Source: Nanobdellota archaeon (GTDB lineage: Archaea; Nanobdellota; Nanobdellia; Parvarchaeales; Parvarchaeaceae). Taken from it: a stretch of DNA of 52,145 bases. This document shows, piece by piece, positions 18,767-30,700 of this stretch. The notes beneath the pieces are model-generated. The model saw only the letters and a program-made list of their open reading frames with translations, ran no database searches and was not told the DNA's origin. The stretch covers positions 1-52,145 of the forward strand of contig JAKAAG010000004.1 of NCBI GenBank assembly GCA_021797085.1. Direction: 5' to 3'. Both the position numbers and the translations under genes were made by a program. Within the stretch, counting starts at the first letter, position 1, and each line of letters starts with the position of its first letter.

Positions 18767-21700
18767 ATGAAATCTACTACACCAGCTCATAAAAAGGGGT
18801 ATAAAGTGCACTTCACAACATTTTTAGTTGTGATGACTATACTGTTTATAATATTGTTCTTTTTGAGCACACTTAATGGGTTTTTAGGATTCAACATTGC
18901 AAAATTGTTTGGGTTAAAGCCAATAACAATAACCGCTCCTAAAAACATAAGTGTTACCCCTCCCCCTACAAACACTACAAATAGTACTAAAACTATCCCA
19001 GTACCGAAATACACAATTTTTTATGAGTCTGGACTACCGTTAGATACCCTTTGGTCTGTTTCATTGCCTTCTGGCACATCTTATTCAAATGTAAATTATT
19101 TAAATTACTCCTCTTTTCTCAAAAGTTTTTCATTTAGCGTTAACCAAGTCTTCTTAAATGGCTGTATTTTCTCTCCATCCCCCGGATCTGGAAATGTTAT
19201 TGCTGGAAATTCCGTTTATATTTCTTTTTCATCGTTATGTAATACTACTTTTGTTAGATACGGCTTACCTAACAAAGTAAATTGGACGGTTATTTATGGC
19301 AATGTTTCTAAAGATGTGGACACAAATTCAACCTCTTTTATTTCTTCTAACGGCAATTTCCCTTTTTCAATCTCAGATTCACACTACGACGGTTGCCCTT
19401 ATTATCCTTATCCCCAGTCTGGATACGTTAATGCCGGTTCATCAAAATACATAATTTTTTTTACAACCTGCAGTTCTAAATCGAATGCAGTTACATTTTT
19501 AGAGAGTGGTTTGCCACAAGGGTATAACTGGACCGTAAAGTATAATAATATCACAAATAGCTCAAATTCTACTCGGATAGTTTTTACTCCTAAAAATTCA
19601 GCCTCTTTGATTCCAGTATTCAATGTCTCTGTAATTAATAAGAATAACTGTATATTTACTCCAAATCCAAAAAATGGAAACGCTACAGTTGGTCAAACTG
19701 TTTTAATAACCTTCAATTCATTGTGCAATACTTCAGTAAGCGAAAATGGTCTGCCCGTAGGTACGAAATGGAATGTGACATTTGACAATAAAACCGTTTA
19801 CTCCGTTTCTTATTCCTTAAGAGTAAGTACCAACTACACATTGAGCAATCTAAGCTTAAAGCCCATAGTATTGGGAAATTGTACGTTTAATCCAATTGCA
19901 AATTCTAGTAATCCGATAGTTGCCGGTTCTTCTGTTTTTATAGAGTTCTCTGCAAGCTGTATAACCTCATTTTTGGAGAAGAATCTTCCTCTAGGGTTGA
20001 ACTGGACTGTAAAATATGACAATAAAACATTGCAGTCAACCTCAAGTGAAATAAAATTCAATACTACTAATGTGTTCTCTGGTTTTTCTATCCCAAATGC
20101 AACTGAGGGCGGGTGTGTATACTCCCCTACGCCATCACATGGAAATTTAACAGCCGGATCCTCTATTACTATATCTTTCTCTCAGACATGTCATACTGTT
20201 TTTGTTTCCAAAGGGTTACCGACAGGGGTATCTTGGTCAGTTGATTACGACAATCAGACAAGGGACGGTGCATTTAATTCTTCAATAGAATTCCCTTACT
20301 ATAAAGGAAAAACTTTCTCTTATAACGTGTCAACAATAAAAGTTGGAAACTGCGTATTTACTCCTTATCCTAAAAATGGAACTATACTTGCGGGAGAACT
20401 CCAACTTATAGCATTTTCAGGAGAATGTACCACAACTTTCAGTGAAACAGGACTTCCAAATAATACGGAGTGGAATGCCACTTTTGATAACAAAACAAAA
20501 TTATCAACGTCAGCCGGAATCTATTTCTATACAGTAAATGGTTCTTATCCTTTTTCAATCCCTTCTCAACCGATAAGTAGGGGCTGTTATTATGTGCCTT
20601 CCCCATCTTCTGGCAGTATAACGGCCGGTTCGAATGAAACCATAGAATTTACGGATGATTGTACAACAGATTTTATAGATCCAGGTTTGCCGCAAGGAGC
20701 GAATTGGACTGTTACGTTTGCAGGGTTAACAAAGCATTCTATAAATCAAAATGTGTCATTTCTTCTTCCCAAAGGTAAGTACTATTACCAAGTGCCGCAG
20801 ACCAGTTACAATGGCTGTAACTATGCACCCAATCAAAGTTCAGGATCTACAAGTGTTGGAGAGGATGTACATATAACGTTCAATCTTACAACCTGTGACA
20901 CTATCTTTTCAGAGGTCGGTTTACCAAAGGGAACTTCGTGGCAGGTAATATTTAACGGCACTTCCTCGGATTCTCAGACAAATTCAATCTCTTTTAGTAG
21001 CTTTCCAGGAAACTACTCATTTTCGGTTGGAAAGATAACATTAGGAACATGCGTATTTTCACCAAATGAATCTAGCGGATTTATAAATGCAGGCTCTTCT
21101 CCTGTCATAGGCTTCAGCAGTTTATGCTATACGGATTTTTATGAAAAGGATTTACCAGTAAACAGCCTGTGGAGAGTTAATTACAACGGTAAGCCTAACT
21201 CTTCAATAGGCGATTTAATCGCTATAAAGACTAGTTATGGTACTTTTCCTTATTCAATAAGTAATGTTAGCGCAGGCGGCTCATGTTACTTTATACCTCA
21301 ACCAGTTGCCGGAAATGATACAGCGGGTACAGAGGTCACAGTAAATTATATTGAGAAATGTCTGTCAAACTTTCACGAAACTGGTTTATACAGCAATGTA
21401 CACTGGTCTGTAACTTATGATGGGCACACTGTTTCAACTTACGGGAATAACCTATCCATACTAAACTTACCTGGAAATTATTCATATGATGTACCAACTG
21501 CCTTTGGAAGGGGCTGTACTTTTACATCCCTTAATTCTAGTGGTAATCTTGTATCTGGCAAAAACGCTAGCGTTTATTTCTCCCCAAGTTCATGTATTTC
21601 TAATGTTACTGAAACTGGCCTGCCGAAAAATGTAAATTGGGGTGTTTCTATAGATAACGTTACTAATTACTCTACAGAAAAATCAATTTTAGTTACAACA

Positions 21701-24700
21701 AGTCCAGGAAACTATTCAGTGCATATCCCTTCTGTAAAGATAAATGGTTGTGTTTTCTCCACAAGTTATAATAATCTAATGATGGCAGGTTCTACTATTA
21801 TAGTTCATTTTAGTGCCGCATGTCAAACCATTTTTACTGAAACAGGTTTACCTAATGGTACAGAATGGAAAGTTAACGATTCTTTTCCTTCTTATTTTGA
21901 TTATAATTTACCAATACCTGGTGAGGTATACTCTTATACAGTATACTCTTCAACAACAAATAGAATAATAGTTAATTCTTCAAATTCATCAGCTAATCCG
22001 TATAAAGTAGAAAGCATTCCTATAAATAAGTTTTGTGCATACGACCCACAACCGTCATCAGGATCAATAACTCCGGGCGATAATCTCTCCATACTGTTTG
22101 AGAATGATTGTATAACTAGCTTCAAGGAAACTGGTCTTCCAAGCGGGGCTACTTGGTATGTGTCATTCAATGATATAAATGCCTCTTCTAATTCCAGTCA
22201 AATTTCATTTTTAACAAATGCGGGAGCATATAACTTTAAAGTATTCACAGCAGAAAACCAGGGTTGTTTCTACACTTCAAATGTGACACAAGGTACACTC
22301 AATACCTCATCTGTTTTGAACATAAAATTTACAGGTAAGTTCTGCCTTACTATTTTTAACGAGACTGGCTTACCAAGTAATACAAAATGGAATGTAACTT
22401 TTAACAGTATATTAAAAGCATCCAATACATCAAAAATAACATTTAATGATTCTTTCTCCAATAATTCCTATAATTATTATATACAGCCAAAAAGCATTTC
22501 AGCTCAGGGCTGTTATATAAATTTGACTTCACCAAGCGGAACTGTTAAAGTGGGCTCATATGTGAATGTTACATATCTAAACCGTTGCAAAACCACTTTT
22601 AATGAGACAGGTCTGCCAAATAGTACAAAGTGGAGCGTGATTTTTGATGGACTATCAGGAAGTTCTTCAAATAGTTCAGTGGTCATATATGCACTACCTG
22701 GAAATCATTCCTATACACCCTCAATTATAAACATAGGGGAGGGGTGTTTTTATTATCCAAAACCAAATTCTTCATATTTAATATCTGGAGAATCTGCTAG
22801 TATCTCATACACAAAAGAATGTTTATCCACGTTTTCCCAAAATGGGTTGCCTTCTGGCGCTTTATGGTCAGTTAAGTATGATAATTTTGTCAATTCTTCT
22901 AGGTTATCAGATATAAATTTTGTGACCGCTCCCGGCAATTTCTCATTTTCTTTGAATACAGTTGATTATGCATATTGCTCCTTTTTGCCTTCTCCTGTTT
23001 CGGGTTATCTTATAGCCGGTGGAAATGTTAGCATATCGTTTATTGAAAATACCTGTAATACTACCTTTATAGAAACAGGTTTACCATTTAATACGCAGTG
23101 GAAACTTACTTTTGATGGGATAACAGAGACCCCCTCTAATAATAATGTTACAATAACTACTCCGGCAGGAATTTTTACAGCTAAGTTTTATCCAATAAAT
23201 TTGTCTAACTGCATATTTTCACCGCAACCATTGTCTAGTAGCACTGCAGCAGGTGGCTATTTCACTGTTCATTTTACTGCGTCTTGTACTACTACTTTTA
23301 ATGAGACGGGCCTGCCGAATAATACTTACTGGTTTGTTACATATAACGGTACTACAGTTTCATCAAATAGCACCATTATAAAAGTACCTTCAATAAATGG
23401 CACTTATGCGTATAGCTTGCCGTTTATAGGCAATTCTAGTTGTTCATACCGTCCGAATCCTTCTTCTGGAAATGCAATAGCTGGTTCAAAAATAGGCGTA
23501 GATTACAGTGGGGGGTGCACAACAGTATTCTATGAAAATGGTCTGCCACCTGGCAGTGAATGGAATTTAACATATGATAATAAAAGTATAAACTCTACAA
23601 GCACAAGCATCCAGTTTGTAACTCCCCCGGGTACTTTTAGGTACACCGTAGAAAACTTAACTTTAAACAACTGCTTATATGTTGCAAAGAATGGTTCTTC
23701 AGAGCTTGCTGCAGGGTCTACATTTTATCTGGTATTTAATCAGACAAGATGCTACACTACATTTACTGAAAGTAATCTTCCTTCAAATACAAAATGGACG
23801 TTAAATTATGATAATGTGAATTATAGTTCAAATAAAACTTCCTTAGAGCTATCAACTATACCAGGTACTTTCAATTTTACTGGATACAGCATAACCGAAG
23901 ATGGGTGTATATTTACCCCGAATCCAAGTAGTGGTCATATTGCGGCAGGCTCTTCTTTACTTCTTTCTTTTTCTTCTTCCTGTGTAACTTCGTTTAATGA
24001 AACCGGTCTTTCTAAGGGGATAACCTGGAGTGTTGATTTTGACGGTATAACCAATTACTCTTCTAATGCTTCTTTATACATAGACTCGATTTATGGTAAT
24101 TTCTCATTTTCAGTGCCAAGGATACAAGTATCAGCGAATTGTTATCTTACGCCTGATCCAAGTAACGGTTACATAATTGCAGGCTCAAGCACCGTTATTA
24201 ACTTTTCTAATTATTGTTACTCTGAGTTTATAGAAACGGGATTACCATCAGGTATTAGTTGGTCCGTAAAGTACAGTAATTTGACTAATTCATCTTCTCT
24301 TTCAGACATAAGTTTCAATGTCATTAGTGGCAATTATTCCTTTTCTATGCCAGCGGTTGATTATCATAATTGCTATTTCGTTTCCAATGAATCAAGTGGA
24401 TATGCAAAGGCAGGAGGCTATACCTATGTTAAGTTTACGGAGAATTATTGCATTTCAAACTTCACAGAATCAGGCTTACCAAGTAATACAAAATGGAATG
24501 TAACTTTTGCAAATAAGTCTAATGCATCCACTAAACAGTACATTCATTTGAATACCACTAAAGGTCTGTACAATTTTACAGTGCCCCCAGTAAATATTGA
24601 AGGTTGTAAATACGTTTCAACTCCCGCAAGCGGAAGCGTTGCTGCGGGTTCGGAGATTAATGTAAGCTTTTCAATTTCATTTTGCATAACTACTTTCGAT

Positions 24701-27700
24701 GAAATCGGCTTACCATTAAGAGATAACTGGTCAGTTACCTATGATAGTATGAGAAATTCTTCTGTTTCTAGCAATATAACCTTCAATATCTCTACTTTAT
24801 CATCCTTTCCGTTTTCTGTAAAGGCAGAAAATCAATCTCAATGTGATTTTATTCCAGTTCCGTCCTCAGGCAGCGTTGCTTCTGGCTCTACAGAAGTGAT
24901 AAATTTCGATAGTATCTGCCATACTTACTTTAAAGAGATCGGGCTACCTTTGGGTTATACTTGGATAGTGAATTTAAACGGGAAAAATGGTTCTTCTAAG
25001 TCAAATACTATAGAATTTACAACTTCTTATGATGATAATTACACCTTCAATATTTATCCGTCAGTAGATTATAACTCGGGTTTCCTGTCAAATATATCCA
25101 AAGGTTATATTGCTACTGGGTCAAATATTACAGTTGCATTTTCAAATGACACAGCTGCTTATAAGAAACCTGTAATAATACCCGTATCATTCTATAACAA
25201 TCAGACAGAATCCACAGCTCAACCCTATCAACAGATGCTTGTTTTCAATTCTTCAAAATATTCTAAATATGAAAACTCTAAGTTAACGAATATAATGTTT
25301 GCATATCCGAATGGAACAGCTATTCCTTCTTGGTTAGAATCTGGCAATTCAAATACATCAAACGATACTGTATACTGGCTAAAAATTAAAAGCATCCCAG
25401 CGGAAAGTGGTATAACTATCAACATGATATTCAATCAAACCTTGCTTCCTTATTCTAATAATTTTTACACTGGTATAGCAGGAGAGGCTCCACAGCTTTC
25501 TCCCATATATGGTGAGTACAACAACATAGCCAACGTTATGAATTCAGGGTTATTGTACCAGTTTTACCAGTTAAATGGCGGAGGCATCCAGTCACAGACA
25601 AGCGTTTACCAAGCACAGTTAACACCAAATTCAGTTTTCTCCTACGGTAGCTTGACAGCGACAGCAGGGCCAACATTGTATTTATCTGCATTAACAGGCA
25701 GTTCTCAGGATGTTGATGGAACAACAGAGTCAAATGTAATAATTAACTACCAGTATAGCTATTCAGGGGGAAGTGCATTTCCAAATCCGCCAATAACAAA
25801 TCCGCAGTATGTAATAATGAAGGCAATAGGCTTTGCAGTAGTTAACTCTCCAACAACAATATACGGATTAAGCGATGATGGCATGGGAATCGGTTATTCT
25901 AATTCCGGCGGGGCATTAATTCCTTGGTTGGGAGGGTCATCTACTTCAGACAATCCAAACAATATAATTAATTCTTGGGTATCGGAATCTGCTACTCAAC
26001 ATAGCGGCACTATAACTACAGACGGCAGCTACAGGCTAGAGATAGACTATACAAACCAAGGAGGGCCTGGAGAGGATGCGGTCTGGTCAAACAATTCAAT
26101 AGATTATTATTCTCCTTCACAACCTCCAAATGGCGTCATGCCATACAGTATTTCAAATGCAACATTTATAACTACTTATTTCAAAGAAACAGGGTTGCCT
26201 TTAAATTATAATTGGAATGTAAACTATAACGGTATACCAAAGTCTTCCTCAATGTCCGAGATAAACTTTACTACTGAAAGAGGAAATTACTCTTATTCCG
26301 TATCCGTTCTTCGTAATTCTTCTTCAAGTTTAGATTGTACTACAGCTTATACTCCGCTGCCTAGCTCTGGCTATTTAATAGCAGGACAGAATATTACTAT
26401 TTCATACTCTAACAGTACTTATTGTATAACTACTCTCGATCAAAACGGTTTGCCTGCAAATTCAATATTTTATGTAAATTACGATGGAATAAACAAAAGT
26501 ATCTCTTTATTTGGGAATGGACTTTTGTTATCCATCCAGAATACTCAGTCTGTTCCTACTCCTGCGCCATTCCAGCAGATGGTAAACTTTTCGTATTCAA
26601 GCTACAAGAAGTACATAAATCTAAGCAATGGTCACCAGTTCCAGAACGTGGAGTTTATAAACACTACGAGTGGAAAGGTAATAGACAGCTGGCTTGAAAG
26701 TTACACTTCTAGTTATGCCCTTTTTTGGATAAAGTTGCCAAATGGAATAGCTGCAGACACTACTGTAAAGAATGTAGCTATGCTATTTTTGAATAATGGC
26801 ACTAATTTATTTAACACTAATACTACGGGTGAAGCTCCACAGCTTTCTCCAACGTACGCAGAATACGATAACGGTGCAAACGTATTCATCAAATATTGGA
26901 ATTTTAATGGAGGTTCAGCGCCAGCAGGATTTGCTACATCTGTAGATGATGGTGGCAGTGTTTCTTATAATAATGGGTTATACTTAACTCTTCCTAACAA
27001 TAACAATGGTGCAACTGCAGCAAGTGTTTATGTTCAAACAGATCTAAGTAATCCTTTCTTCGCCTTTACTGGTACTGGAACGGGAGCTTATGCATATAGA
27101 ACTAATATAGGAATATCTGAAAGCAGTAGTAATTCAATAGAAGGTACTTGTGCGATAATGTATTATCCTTCGTATTCGTATATACCTGGTGGAGAATGCA
27201 TATCTAATGGTTTATACTCAATAACCAGTTCGGGTTATTCACAAATTAATAGTTTGTCTTATTCTTCTAGCCCGTTAATAGGTGTCGGTTTCAATTCAAA
27301 TACAGTACTTATGGTTAATAATGGATTTAATTTATATACTGATAGTTCAATCCCATTTAGTTCTACTAATTATGTGTGGCTAGGAACCTCAGCATATTAT
27401 TCAAAAACGGCAGGTTCGAATGTTCTTAATTATTTAGCATTATCAGCTTATCCTCCAAATGGCGTCATGCCAACTATAACATCTGTTTTTCAGACATCTG
27501 GGATTAATACTTCCAATGGCAGATTCTTAGCTAAACCCTCATCTAATATTGATTGTTCAAATAGTGCTATTAATCTTACAGCAGGCAGTACATATACTTT
27601 CGAAAATTGGAATTGTACTACTGAATTCAATACAACAGATATTAATCAAAATGTTACGTTTTCTTTAGATTATGATGGTTTAAACAAGTCCGGCATTACT

Positions 27701-30700
27701 GGAAAGCCTCTAAATATAAATTTCCTATCTTCTGGTAATGGTAATTATCTTTATAACGCAAAGATAAGTAATCAATGTAGTGCGAGTGGTTATGCATATG
27801 TGGGAGAGAACTCAAACATAAGTAATTGGAATTGCTCTTACCTATTTTATGAGAAAAATTTACCTACTGGCACGAAGTGGTATGTCAGTTTTAACGGGTT
27901 TAATGAGAGTTCTGCTAATAATAAGATCGTATTCTTTGATTCTCCAGGCAATTATTCTTATAAAATAAATGAAATATCTATAAAAGCAAATAACGGTTTG
28001 TCCTGTGTAAATACCTTCTACCCATCTCCTTCTTCTGGGTATATCTCTACTTTTAAAAATAATATAACTATAATATTTTCAAACAATACACAATGTACTA
28101 CTTCCTTTTTACAATTTGGATTACCCAACAATAATTGGAAAGTATCTTATAACAATAATGGATATAACTACACTTCAACTTATACCCTAATAAATATAAG
28201 CATTAGCAACGCTCAATCTATCTCAACTCCTGCGCCATTCCAGCAGATGGTAAACTTTTCGTATTCAAGCTACAAGAAGTACATAAATCTAAGCAATGGT
28301 CACCAGTTCCAGAACGTGGAGTTTATAAACACTACGAGTGGAAAGGTAATAGACAGCTGGCTTGAAAGTTACACTTCCAGTTATGCCGTCTTCTGGATTA
28401 AATTACCAAATGGAATACCCGCTTCTTCAACATTGACTGACATTGCAATAGGTTTCGCTTCAAATGACACCAATCTATTTAACAATAAGACAACAGGAGA
28501 GGCTCCGCAGCTTTCTCCAACTTATGCAGAGTATGACAATGGTGCAAATGTGTTTGATTACTATGAGAATTTTGCGGGTTCTGGATTGCCGGCAGGCTGG
28601 CAGGAGCTTACTTCTTCAGGGGATACCTATACTTGGAATAATGGGATTACTTTTACAAATAATGGCCATAATGATTACGTTTCTATAGGAACAACATCTG
28701 CGGTTGCTTCTGCAGGCATTTTAGAATTGGATGTAGCAAGTGGTTCTAATGCAAGGCCGACAATAGAATTAGCAGCTACAGACACGCAGATAGAAGGAGG
28801 TCAGCCCATATATGAATATGAGGAGGGTTACGGTCAATCTTACGGTATGTATTCAGGTGATATGCAACTGGAAACATTAACTACTTCATCTATATCCACA
28901 GCCAATTCCAAGACAGCTTATAATGCGCCCCTAATAGAGGGGATTAGCTGGACTGGAACTGGTTCAGAACTTCTGGAGATAATACCAAACTACCTTTATA
29001 ATAACATGGAAACAGTACAAGAAACAAGTACTTCTGTATCCTTGTCAACTCCTTTATACATTATGTTGGGCCAGGCTGCGTCTGGTTCTAGTTCAGATAC
29101 TGGGGGCTTCACGGCAAATTGGCTTCGTGTCCGTGCATATCCTCCAAATGGGGTTATGCCAACTGTAAAAATAAATAAGTCAGCAGTAACTGACTTGAAA
29201 TTTAATTTTTTAACTGTCCCAGGAAACTTTACTGCAAATGCAAGTACTTCTTTAGATTGTAAGCCTGAAAAGGATACAGTAAAAGCAGGAACGACTTACT
29301 TCTTTTCAAGCTGGAATTGCACTACTACTTTTAATGAAAGTGTATTGCCAAAAGACAATACTTGGTGGGTTGATTATAATGGGATAAATAAGAGCAATAA
29401 AACTGGAAATGCTATAAGAGTAAACTTTAACTCTTCCAATTTTGGAATTTATACTTATTCTGTAGGTTCAAATATAAGCTGTTCTTCTAAAGGCGTTGGA
29501 GATCTAGGAACATATAATAATATTTCAAATTGGTTATGCAATAAACAATTTACAGAGCAAGGACTTCCGAGCGGAACTAACTGGAGTGTTGACTACAATA
29601 ATAAGTTAAGCTATTCAACTTCCAATGTGATATCTTTTTCGAATAGTTTTGGGAATTACAGTTATGATATTAATAATATAACATTATCGAACGCAATCTA
29701 TGTGCCAAATTCTTCCTCAGGGTATGCAGCCCCATTTGGTAACTTCATTATAAATTTCTCAAAGCACAGTTTGGTTACTCCTCAGACTATATATAAATAT
29801 GCTGTGTTAAATATCACTAACAGTCAAAATTATTTAATTTCCGCGCCATTCCAGCAGATGGTAAACCTTTCGTATTCAAGCTACAAGCAGTACATAAATC
29901 TAAGCAATGGTCACCAGTTCCAGAACGTGGAGTTTTTCAATACAACAACTGGGTCAGTGATAGATAGTTGGCTTGAAAGTTACACTTCCAGTTATGCCAT
30001 TTTTTGGATTAAATTGCCAAATGGAATACCTGCAAACACTACTTTAAATGACATAGCAATAGGTTTTGCATCTAACGATACTAATCTATTCAATAATAAG
30101 ACCACCGGTGAAGCTCCCCAGTTATCTTCAACATATGCAGAATATGATAACGGAGCTAATGTATTTGATATATACTTTAATGGTGCTGTACCTACAAGTG
30201 ATTTTACTTTATCTGGTTCTGAAGGTTCATTATCTTCAACAACTGTTACTGGACCAAATGGGAATACTATAGATGTTTTAGAATATGCTCAAGCAAGTTC
30301 CTCCTTGTCATATTTAGCCTATAATGTTAAATCATTAAATTCTGGAAGTTATATTACTGAAGCGTCATTTCAATCTGATGGTGGAACCAGTAATACAGGT
30401 GTGACTGGTTTAGGAAATTATGAAAGTGAAAGTTCAAGTAGTAGTGCAATATACGTAGGAACACAATTTGGTGGAGATTACTTTGACCAAGATTATTTGA
30501 GTTCAGGTTCTTTAAAATTGGACCAAAACAGCCAGGGGACAACAAATGCAGATTGGAGATATGCAAGTTTGACTTATGTCTCTAGTTCTTCTTATTCTGC
30601 TTATATTGCGCCTCAGTTATATTCCGCTTCTGGAGGGTACAATGAAGTACTCTCTGAAGACCCTATTAGTTCTGCAACGACTATTTATTGGGATAATTAT